A stretch of DNA of 63,302 nucleotides, filler included, from Mitosporidium daphniae (taxonomy: Eukaryota): the NCBI RefSeq assembly GCF_000760515.2. It is 4 parts of 4 records of this genome, joined end to end, with 100 filler letters (N's around TTAATTAATTAA, not from the genome) between each part and the next. Parts side by side here need not be neighbours in the genome. Positions count along the whole stretch, not along the records: positions 47,764 to 63,302 come from NW_013546719.1; 3 more parts are not named here. One strand, 5' to 3'. The translations under genes were made by a program, and so were the position numbers. Positions 48,830 through 58,656 of this stretch are shown here, piece by piece; position 1 is the stretch's first letter; the number at the start of each line of letters is the position of its first letter. The notes beneath the pieces were generated by a model that ran no database searches, had not been told where the DNA came from, and saw only the letters and a program-made list of their open reading frames with translations.

Positions 48830-50545
48830 TTAGTTGGCGTGGGAGCAAGTATCTATTGTCAAAGACTTAACCATATATGGTCCCTCCAGGTGGTATCCCA
48901 GTCGTCTATAATAGTCTCTTGTGCCGACACCCGAAATTACGGCGATTTTTGTGGAAAGATGCTCTTCTCTTGAAATGCGCTCAGCTTCTCGCATCAGCAA
49001 TGTACCAAGGCCTTGATGTTGGAATTTGCGGGGATCTTTGACTGTCAGTGGAACCACTGAGCCATATACGTGCAACTCTCGGACCAGAGAAGTTGGTTCC
49101 GCTACTAGTTCTGGGCGATAAGTACCCTGAGCAGTGGGAAGTCGGAGCCGAAGTAGACCAACAAGTGTATCGGAAGCTACATCTTCATAAGAGAGAAAGG
49201 TCTCCCAACCGCCGCTGGCCACATAGTCTCTCCGCACAAGCTCAAGCTCGCTGTTTGAGCTCGTGGGAAGCTCTCCATGAACGTCCTTGATGCCCACTTC
49301 TCTAGTGCGCACGTCACGACACCGTAGCCCAAGATCGGCCATCCTTTGGAGAGCCAACTCCCTAAGATGGCCATGTTCCACGCCAGAAGTGACAAGTGGC
49401 ATGGGTATGTCCCGTTGGATGCGATAAACTCGAGTCCAGGGTGGCGTAATTGCCAATATGCGGGCAACCAGGTCGATCAGCGTATCAGGCGAATAGGAAC
49501 GATACTGCCCAGATTTCCAAAGCTCATATAGACCAGTGCCACGAATGACTAGTGTTGGATATATCTTCAGTCCGTCTGGCCGAAAGGATGGGTTTTGAAA
49601 AAACTCATGAAACTGGGCAATGTCTCTCTCATAGCCGACGTTCGGTAAATCTGGCATCATGTGCGAGACCACTTTGTAGCCTGCATCTTTTGCCATTTGG
49701 AAGGACTCGCATACGGACTGAACCGTATGACCACGGTTAGTGTCCCTGGCCACATCCTCATAAACACTCTGAACGCCAATCTCTAGACGTGTGCAGCCAT
49801 AACGCAGCATTTGGGAAATGTGCACACGCAGGCAATAGTCTGGTCGCGTTTCGATGGTAATACCTACGCATTTAATGGCTGATCGTTCCGAAAGCTGGAT
49901 GGCCTCATCCAGAGAAGTGCTTTGATTACCCGAAAGCGAATCATGGAGGCGAGAAATAAATGTCTCGCGGTATGCCTCTGGAAGTGCCATAAAAGTTCCA
50001 CCCATCACGATGAACTCGACTTTCTCCACTGAATGTCCCAGCGCTGCCAACTGAGCACAGCGCTGGCGACTCTGCTCATAAGGATCGTATCGTGCACGAA
50101 TAGCTCTCATTGATGTGGGTTCGTAACCTGTATAGCTTTGCGTTGAGTATTCAAAGTCAGAGTCTGGGCCTCCAGGGCAGTAAACGCAAATATTTCCGGT
50201 CATAGCAATATGCGGACAGCGATGTGGCTTGCACATAACCGCGACAACGGCCACACCAGAAGCCGTACGAACAGGTTTAGCACGCAATAAAGGCACAAGT
50301 GCCGATCTGTGCTCTTCTGGGATCGCTGCGATAATATCCACTAAGCGAGGCATTGATGCCAGCTTGAGAGTGTGAGAGACCGAGGCTTTCAACGCATTTA
50401 GATTAACAGACTCGCCCTTCGAAAGAGATCTAATCATAGACTGCACAATCTGATGGCATGCGCGTGTTTTCCCATCAATGGAACCTTCAGGCGATACGCG
50501 GAACTGTTCCGAGCGATGGACAGAAGCGATGGAGGGGCATCCCAT
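48830..50545 (-). CDS. ELP3: Elongator complex protein 3 (radical SAM + GNAT)
   Basis: [53 protein letters not shown]; likely start ATG 50545. Confidence 0.97.
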   Translation of the reverse strand: MGCPSIASVHRSEQFRVSPEGSIDGKTRACHQIVQSMIRSLSKGESVNLNALKASVSHTLKLASMPRLVDIIAAIPEEHRSALVPLLRAKPVRTASGVAVVAVMCKPHRCPHIAMTGNICVYCPGGPDSDFEYSTQSYTGYEPTSMRAIRARYDPYEQSRQRCAQLAALGHSVEKVEFIVMGGTFMALPEAYRETFISRLHDSLSGNQSTSLDEAIQLSERSAIKCVGITIETRPDYCLRVHISQMLRYGCTRLEIGVQSVYEDVARDTNRGHTVQSVCESFQMAKDAGYKVVSHMMPDLPNVGYERDIAQFHEFFQNPSFRPDGLKIYPTLVIRGTGLYELWKSGQYRSYSPDTLIDLVARILAITPPWTRVYRIQRDIPMPLVTSGVEHGHLRELALQRMADLGLRCRDVRTREVGIKDVHGELPTSSNSELELVRRDYVASGGWETFLSYEDVASDTLVGLLRLRLPTAQGTYRPELVAEPTSLVRELHVYGSVVPLTVKDPRKFQHQGLGTLLMREAERISREEHLSTKIAVISGVGTRDYYRRLGYHLEGPYMVKSLTIDTCSHAN

Positions 50546-51314
50546 TTCAATAAACTTAAAATTTATGTCAAAATTAAAAACACAACTAATTTGGTTTGAA
50601 AGAAAACATGCAAGTGTATGCTGAGCTTTTTGGCATTCCATTTGGGTTCCTCGGTGCATCTCAATACCATTTCGGTGCTTTGGCCCATTCTCGATAAAAA
50701 GGGCGAGAACTCTAGCTAGCTCCAAATCTGAGTAGCTTGTCGATGTTGCATTGAATCTCTAGTTTAGCGTTAATAAATTTTTGGATCTGATGCGATAAAC
50801 TTTTTGATTTAATTCGGTTGAACAGCCTCTAACCCTAACCCTCCCATCAATTCTCTTCGGCTAAAAATATCAAGCATGCATTTAGAGACCTACTTGTTGC
50901 AAAACTAACATATGCCTTGAATTTCATGAATCAAAGAGGCCAATAATCTCAAAGGGAACGGGAGCAACATTTACTTGTAAAAAGTAATGACGAAAAGGTC
51001 AAAATTGGGACCAAGATTAAGGAAGTGCATGCATGCAAATTTAAATTATGTGATTTCCTCACTACCCTTTTGCATTAATACACTCTCCATTCTGGACTTC
51101 CAAGACCTATTGGCTAATCAGAAGTAACGATGGCATCAATGCAACATGGGGTTTTATACAAAACATGGCCTTTCGAAAGGGTCATAATTTCAACCCTAAC
51201 TTGCCAAAGTTTTAAAATTACTAAATTTCAAATTTTACCCGGATTTTATACAAAGATCGTCGCTTTATCTTCTCTGGTCGAGAGCATTTTCATCCATCAA
51301 GCCCATATTTAATA

Positions 51315-52790
51315 ATGTATCTTTTATTCGAATCTCCTGCGGGCTATGCGCTTTTCCAGTGCGATGAGTCCAAAGCGACTACTCCAGATGCCATTAATGC
51401 TCTTTTCAGCCAACCTTCGGCAAACAAGCATCCAATCTCTTTGAAGGCATTTTCCAAATTTGAGAGCACAGCCGATGCACTTTCTGAAGCATCGCAATTA
51501 ATGGAAGGCTCTCTCCCAGAATCTCTCAAAAAGTTCCTCAAAAAGGAAGTAAAAAAATCCTCCTCTGTAACTCTTGGAGTTGCAGACACCAAACTAGGTA
51601 AAGCAATTGCAAAAAAACTGGAAATCTCGGTCTCCACTGACTCTGCCGTTGTTGGAGAGTGGACACGAGGTGCAAGGTCTCTGCTTCCGAAATTACTTTC
51701 AGATGAGTCTTCTTCGGCTCTGGGAACGATGGCCCTAGGTCTAGCCCACTCCCTCTCACGTTTCAAGCTCAAATTCTCTTCAGATCGCCTTGACTCGATG
51801 GTGGTGCAGGCAATCGCTCTTTTGGACGATCTTGATAAGGAACTCAATACATACACAATGCGAATGCGCGAGTGGTATGGCTGGCATTTTCCCGAGTTAA
51901 CGACAGTGCTCACAGATTCGCTCGCCTATGCCAAGATGATTAAGGTCATGGGGCGACGAAATGGAGCCGCCACCGTTGATCTTAGCGCAATTTTACCAGA
52001 AGATCTGGAGGCTCGAATTAGAGTGCTTGCTGATCTTTCCATGGGTACAGAGCTGACAGATGACGATCTAGCGCATATCCAAAGTCTTGCGGATCAGGTC
52101 ATTTCTCTGTCAGAATATCGCACAGAGCTTGCACAGTATCTCAGGGTACGGATGGAAGCCATTGCGCCAAACTTGACTGCCCTTTTGGGGGAGCTAGTTG
52201 GAGCACGCCTAATTGCACACTCAGGTACTCTAATATCATTGGCCAAGCAACCTGCATCTACCATTCAGCTTCTGGGCGCCGAAAAGGCGCTATTTAGAGC
52301 GCTTAAGAGTCGTTCTCCAACACCAAAATATGGCCTTCTCTTCCATACCTCTCTAGTGGGCCAGGCAGGCGCACGTATCAAGGGTAAGATCGCTAGAGTA
52401 CTTGCCGCTAAGGCTGCTCTCTCTGTTCGCATTGATGCGCTTGCGCGTGATGATATGTCTGCACAAGAGCCCGCAATGCAAGAACCAGCGGACTCGACCT
52501 TTGGAACTTCCAGCCGTCTTTTTGTCGAAAAGCGGCTACGGACCCTTGAGCGTTCTACAACATTGCCCTCGTCTGCAAAAAAGTATACATTTATTAGTCC
52601 CGAAGAAAGTAATTCGACTTCGTCGTACTCTACCAAGGCTGATGTTGTTGTATCTTCAAAGAGGAAACTTGTTGAAGAGATCGAAGAAACCAAAGAGAAA
52701 AAAGAAGAAAACGAAAAGAAGGAGAAGAAAGAAAAAAAAGAGAAAAAAGCAAAGAAAAACAGAGGCTCTCCAGACACCGCCTCCAAATAA
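51315..52790 (+). CDS. NOP58: Box C/D snoRNP protein Nop58
   Basis: MYLLFESPAGYALF, LGLAHSLSRFKLKFS, REWYGWHFPE, LGAEKALFRAL, KKE tail. Confidence 0.95.
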   Translation: MYLLFESPAGYALFQCDESKATTPDAINALFSQPSANKHPISLKAFSKFESTADALSEASQLMEGSLPESLKKFLKKEVKKSSSVTLGVADTKLGKAIAKKLEISVSTDSAVVGEWTRGARSLLPKLLSDESSSALGTMALGLAHSLSRFKLKFSSDRLDSMVVQAIALLDDLDKELNTYTMRMREWYGWHFPELTTVLTDSLAYAKMIKVMGRRNGAATVDLSAILPEDLEARIRVLADLSMGTELTDDDLAHIQSLADQVISLSEYRTELAQYLRVRMEAIAPNLTALLGELVGARLIAHSGTLISLAKQPASTIQLLGAEKALFRALKSRSPTPKYGLLFHTSLVGQAGARIKGKIARVLAAKAALSVRIDALARDDMSAQEPAMQEPADSTFGTSSRLFVEKRLRTLERSTTLPSSAKKYTFISPEESNSTSSYSTKADVVVSSKRKLVEEIEETKEKKEENEKKEKKEKKEKKAKKNRGSPDTASK

Positions 52791-53725
52791 ACGTGTAGCA
52801 TACTGCCATTTTTATCTGATAGCAATCGATAGTTAGATTTTACACAGTCACTGGTGCTCCACATGGTGGAGCCAAAGTGTTTTTCAAAGCCGAAAGGGGC
52901 CTTTAAAAGGCCTCTCCTCATTCGCTTTGGGAGACACAGGAACACTGCGAATATCTCGTATGTATGATTTACGCAAAACTCAACACTCCATTGAGCGCTC
53001 CCAGCCTTGAGCTCCTGGCTGTTCAAGCTATGATTGGAAATTCAACACAGATCCTTCTGTTCTACCTAACGATCGGATCGCTTTTGATACCACCAAATGG
53101 CAGGCTTTACCTCCATGGAGTATCCCGTTCAAAAATTCCGAAATAATGCGTCTAAGCAAAAGGCGTGTTTACAACTTGATAAATAGGAGCGGATCGACGA
53201 AAATTTTTGCTTGTTAGTGTTTGGACAGGCCTCGAAATCTGCCCTGGCCCCTGTTTGTGGACCTGAGCTGGTTCCTTCACCAATTTAGCATATGAACCAG
53301 AATCTAAAGCAGGGTAAAAATAGATAGGGCTGATTGCATTCCATTGATATTGAAGGCTTTCAAAACGAAAGCATCGTGTGAGCAGTCGCTGCCATACTCG
53401 TATGCTGACACAGGTGCTCCAAATATAAGCCTCTTCGCAATTTAAGAGTCAAGAAATATCTCCCTTCAGGGAGAATCAAAGTTGGATTAGAGTTTCACAA
53501 TCTGGAACTACCTATAGCTGCATGAGGACGCCTACTGGAGGTGCTTGTTGCTGCCATGTTTTCGAGCATATAGTAGCTACATTGTCAGGCAAAACTAGCA
53601 CAAACCTTGTGGACTTGGTTATGAACAGGCTATGCTACGCTTCAACCATATCAGGGATGACGATATAATTTGTGCTAGCGTTGCCCTGCTAGAGTCGGTT
53701 GGGTTGCCATTGTAATGAAGACTCA
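52791..53725 (-). ncRNA. Candidate long structured ncRNA (telomerase-RNA-like architecture)
   Basis: No credible CDS in ~930 nt of otherwise gene-dense DNA; many stems whose mismatches read as G-U only on the minus strand; 3' AGATAA-hairpin-ACA. Confidence 0.5.
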
Positions 53726-53763
53726 AAAATCTTACCCACAAATTTTAATTTTTTAGCACTAGT

Positions 53764-54763
53764 ATGGATGGACCTTTACTTTTATCTTCTGATCCATCGT
53801 CTGTAGAGTATTCGGATCCGCCTGTATCAAAACGGCATAAGCAATCCGAGCCAAAAACTAGTACTGCGTTCATAGAAGATGAATCAAATGAGGACGATGA
53901 CACAGCAGGGCCATCGTCGTCAGAATCCGTTCCGTCGGATCTCTCATCTTCACCTTCCGATTCAGATGTCTCTAACCCTGATGTGTCCTCAGACCAGTTA
54001 GAAGATTCAGTAAATACGAAACCTTTAGAAGCTGGATGTTTGGACTTGCCGAACAAAGACAATCAAAACCTGGAATGTGCTGCTCAAATACCAAAGTCAA
54101 GCCGGATCGAAAAGTTTCAACCACCAAAGCAATATGCAAAGGAGGCGGACCCTCGAGATTGTAAATCAAAGATATTTGGAGGCGCTTCTCTAGTGACATT
54201 TGGGACACTTGCAGCCTCCGGTGCGTGCGCCTCTTCGTCCCCGTTTTCTTTCCTGGAAGATTCACAACAACCCCCTTCTTTTTTGGATAGCATTTCAAAT
54301 GACACCGAAGATGACACTGTCACCAAAATTCGCGAATTCTGTACCGGTGAAGAAGACGAGGAAACGATTTTCACTGCCCGAGGAAAGCTTTTCTGGATGC
54401 CTGTCGGTTCAAAAAACGAAGCCTGGCGAGAACGCGGCGTTGGAACCGTCCGGCTCAACTCTTACCCCGACAAAAAAAAGGATCGCGGATATCGGCTCAG
54501 TATGAATGTTACCGTTTAGTTTTTATAGTTATGCGATGCGATGGATCGCTCCGTGTAATCTTAAACGTTCTGCTGGTACGGAACTTTCACCCGCAAATCG
54601 TCCAGGAAAGATTTGTACAATTTCTTGCTGCCGAGGAGGCCTCCTCTTGCCGTCTCTTTCTATTAAAGGTATCCTGCCTTCGATTTGTTTGTAGATGAAA
54701 AGCAGCCTGGAGGCAACTAACCTGTTCCATGCCATCGAGGACGCTCTCTCGCTCACCGAGTGA
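53764..54763 (+). CDS. Ran-binding (RanBD1) protein, Yrb2/RanBP3-like, multi-exon
   Basis: TGEEDEETIFTARGKLF...WRERGVGTVRLN...RL|MRCDGSLRVILN. Confidence 0.85.
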
Positions 54764-55595
54764 TTTAATTAAATAGACCAAAACTAGGATGTTTAGTAAT
54801 GTTGCAGTGCATGCATAGGAATTTGGAAATCAGATTTTTGGGGCTCGTTCAGTAAATTTAGTCCCGACCCGGGCATCCATTCAAGCTATGATATGCTTGT
54901 TGGTTTACACGATCGGGAAAGTAGCTAATGTTGATTCTAACGTGCTGGCCATGCATCCCAATTCTAAAACAAATACGTAAAGATATCAGTTCCGTTTGTT
55001 TTGAGAGATGGCCTTTTTATTGCATTTAACGATTTCATGCCATTGTGCAAACCCTTGGTCCCGAAGTAAGTATGGCATTTTGGGCAGGGTTTGGGAATCG
55101 CACATCTTGAAGCATCAGCTTTCAGAGAGATAGCGAATGTTTATCCTCCAACACAGGGTGCACCGGAATTTTAGGAAAATCAAAAGGCTCCATCAACTCC
55201 AAGCCTGTTGAATAGATGGGCCCCAATTTTTCGCCAAGGCAGCGGCCCTCTCTTTTGTGCTTATGTATCAAGTAAAAATCGCGTTTTCTTTGCTTGAAAG
55301 ATCGATCGAGTACCCCTAACAACGAAGTAAATCAGATTTGAGCCGATTTTCCGATCAAGGAATCAGCAGCATTGATTGAAAGCACAAGCAAGTTAAATCG
55401 ACTGATTTCTGAGCGCACACATGTTCACTTGAAAATAGTGACATTTGTCGTTTCGACTGTGGCCAAACCGATCGCCGCCATTTGCAACGGACCCCGGCCT
55501 TAGCCCGGCTTAATTAGAGCCAGTGTGGTTGCAAATCCAATGTTCCTAAATGTGAGTTTGGTACCGCTTTTGAAGTTGCAATTTATAAACTTTTC

Positions 55596-56127
55596 ATGTC
55601 ACAACTGTCAACTGGTTAGCTTGGCCATTGTTTACTTTACCAGAAGCAATTGACAAGCTAGTTAAGGCGGCCGCACAGGCTAGAATGAACTCATACTCGC
55701 CATACAGCAGCTTTTCTGTTGGAGCGGCATTGCTGACCGAAAATGACGAAATGTTCACTGGTATTGTATGCCGCTTTTAATCCAAGGTGCAAATGTCGAG
55801 AATGCGTCCTACCCTTGTGGAATATGCGCTGAAAAGGTGGCCTACGCCAAAGCCATCACGGCAACACCCACTCGCCCATCCATCAAGGCAATTGCTGTCG
55901 TCGCGTATGTGCATCCTTTTTTTTCAAATAGGAAACCGCTTGGCCCGTCCCAGTTTGTGACACCATGTGGAAACTGCAGGCAGTTCATGTCTGAATTTGG
56001 AAAGGAGACTGTAGTCATCTGTGCGACAGATCCTTCGCCCGCCCCTGGAGCCGTCACCATTGCCGGAACATTCACGCTTGCCACGCTTTTGCCGCACTCG
56101 TTTTCTGCTGATGACCTCAGCCAATAA
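55596..56127 (+). CDS. CDD1: Cytidine deaminase (homotetrameric type), multi-exon
   Basis: YSPYSSFSVGAALL, GANVENASYPCGICAE, PCGNCRQFMSEF. Confidence 0.93.
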
Positions 56128-56254
56128 ATGATATTTTAGTGCACACTGACCACGCACGCCACAAGCACCGGAAATTAAAAGTCAGCAGGCGCAAGTACAA
56201 GGAAATTGCGTGACCAGCGAGGCTGATCCAGTAAGCTTGACCCTCGTTTATTGA

Positions 56255-56933
56255 TTACTTCATGTTTTGTGCAAGCCAGCGGAAGCCTTCACCATAACCA
56301 AAGCGTTGTACCACGGAACACATGAAAAGTTCCAGCGGGCGCACATCTTTTCGCACGGTACGCTCCTTTCCCGTGGTTGTGCCCTTCAAGTTCAGATATG
56401 TCAAAAGAGTTTCCTCTGAAACGGCACTTGGAATATCGATCTTGTTCCCCAGCACGAGAAAAGGCACATCACGAAGCTCCTCTAGCGCGAGCAGACTCTG
56501 GGAAGGAGAGCAAGAAAAAACTCACCTAAACCTAAGAAAAGATATCTAACCTGCAGTTCTTTACGACAATCGTCGAAGCGACTCATTTCAGAGGAATCGA
56601 CCATGAAGACGATTCCAGACACTTCGGGGAAGTAGTCGCGCCAGTAGCGTCGGGCTAAGTTATGATGACAAGAATATACCTTGAGAGTGGCCACCGAGAT
56701 CATATGCTTTGAAACAGACATTGTTCACGTAAAGCTCCTCCGATGCTAGAGGGTAAAAATGGGGGCTTACTGGGATGAAGGGTCGGATTGAGCACTGCAA
56801 GCCGCGAGTTCTTCAGCATGTGTAGCAATGTTGTCTTTCCAGCATTGTCAAGGCCGAGGAAGAGCACCTTTGCATTGCGCGGAAACAGCCCAAAGTATGA
56901 AAGAAAGTCCCAGAACATATCGGTTATGGCCAT
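56255..56933 (-). CDS. SAR1: Small GTPase Sar1, multi-exon
   Basis: [51 protein letters not shown]. Confidence 0.96.
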
Positions 56934-57055
56934 GATGATTACTGATTAAAAAATTGAATAAATTCGAGAATTTACAAACTTTTGGGTTCCGCAATTGAAA
57001 TTTACATTTGGAATAATACTAGTTGACGGTAGGAACTAGTACAATTTAATTTGCA

Positions 57056-58577
57056 ATGCCAGCAACATCGACAACACATGCTGCATCCATGACGCGCAGT
57101 GCCCCGGCCACAGATGGTCAAGGCGGCCGGCAGGCGGCAAGCCGGGGTCGTGGCAGGGGCCGTCCGCGCCCCAAGCAGGATGGTAGCCTTGAGAAAGGCA
57201 CCACTTCAAACGAGAACAGTGAGAATGGCCACCAACTCACTCACAGTAGCGCTAACGCGCCAGAAATTCCGAACGACTGGAAGGAAGGTCTTGTAGCTCC
57301 AGAACGGGATCCCCGAATCCAAACAGAGGTACATTTGGGCTCTCACTTTCAAGGATGTATTGCTCGCAGAACCGATGGACTTTGAGTCGTTTGGCCTCAA
57401 GCTGGGATTGCTCAAAGGGCTCTTCGAGCTGGGCTATGAGAGCCCGTCGCCAATTCAGGCAGTCTCACTGCCAGCGACGCTTTCTGGCCGAAATGTGCTG
57501 GCGCGCGCAAAAAACGGCACAGGAAAAACCGCATCCTTTCTGATCCCGGTGTTGCAAACCGTCAACCCGCGCCAGTGTGCAATTCAGGCGCTAATTTTGG
57601 TGCCGACGCGCGAGCTCGCTTTGCAAACTTCATCTTTATGCCGGAAAATGGCAGCACACCTGACCGGTATCGAGACGATGGTATCTACGGGCGGTACCAT
57701 CCTCAAAGAGGACATTGTGCGTCTTGCATCGCCGATCCACATCATCGTAGCAACACCGGGACGCATCCTAGATCTTGCCAGGCGCGAGATAGCTGTTTTG
57801 ACCGCCTTGCGTATCCTTGTCTTGGATGAGGCGGATAAACTGCTTGCGCCAGAATTCGAGGGCATCATTTCAGACCTGCTATCGCTCGCGGGATGTGGCC
57901 CACAAATTTTGCTCTTTTCAGCTACCTTTCCACGTTCTGTAGAGCACTGGGCCTCTCGGCATATGACACCACAGAAGATCACAGCTGCTAAGGCCAATCC
58001 GAACGGCGGCCCTGTAATAATCAGCGACCCCACAGTAGCTCCCGTCCTCATCAACTTGATGGACGAACTGACATTGCGGGGCGTGACCCAGTTTTATGCA
58101 TATGTCGAAGAGCGCCAAAAAGTCCATTGCCTCAATACACTGTTTTCAAAGCTGGCCATCAACCAGTCGATTATCTTTTGTTCTTCCGCCCCGCGAGTCG
58201 AATTACTGGCGAGGAAAATCACCACCGAACTTGGAGTCTCGGCCTTTTTCCTCCACTCGCGCATGCCCCAAGAGCATCGGAATCAAATTTTCCACGATTT
58301 CCGCTCAGGCTCTGCTCGTAACCTCGTCACCACGGACCTGTTGACAAGAGGCATTGACGTGGCCACTGTCAACGTCGTGGTTAACTTTGACTTCCCCAAA
58401 AACGCAGAGACTTACCTGCACCGCATCGGGCGTTCAGGACGTTTTGGTCATCGTGGGATCGCCATCAGCCTGGTCACATATGAAGACCGCCATCGCCTGT
58501 TTGAAATTGAGGCTGCTCTTGGCACAGAGATCCAGCCGATGCCTGCCACTGTGGACCGCGCGCTTTATGCTCAATAA
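57056..58577 (+). CDS. DHH1: DEAD-box helicase Dhh1/DDX6, one intron
   Basis: [68 protein letters not shown]. Confidence 0.96.
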
Positions 58578-58656
58578 ACACTCGCCAAAGCGCTTGGGCC
58601 GTTGCTTGTGTGTTTGCGCCTATTGTCGGTAAATTGGCTCGTTTATTATTTACAAG

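Noticed and set aside
50546..50725. N-terminal extension of ELP3 in the ORF track
   Set aside because: It begins at a non-ATG codon and crosses AT-rich promoter-like sequence; the conserved protein fits ATG 50545.
52265..53026. 253-aa minus-strand ORF
   Set aside because: Mostly antisense to the NOP58 3' half (its Phe/Ser run mirrors the KKE tail); non-ATG start and no protein-like features.
53150..53168. GCCTTTTGCTTAGA (minus strand) similar to U2 stem I or the U5 loop
   Set aside because: The invariant U2 AAGTGTAGTA and U5 GCCTTTTAC contexts are missing.
55055..55075. ATACTTACTT on the minus strand resembling the U1 snRNA 5' end
   Set aside because: No U1 loop I (GATCACGAAG), loop II or Sm site follows; it is the reverse complement of a plus-strand GTAAGTAT splice donor.
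56760..56772. GGGGCTTACT resembling RNase MRP conserved region V
   Set aside because: It is the reverse complement of a SAR1 intron donor (GTAAGCCCC) inside a coding gene.
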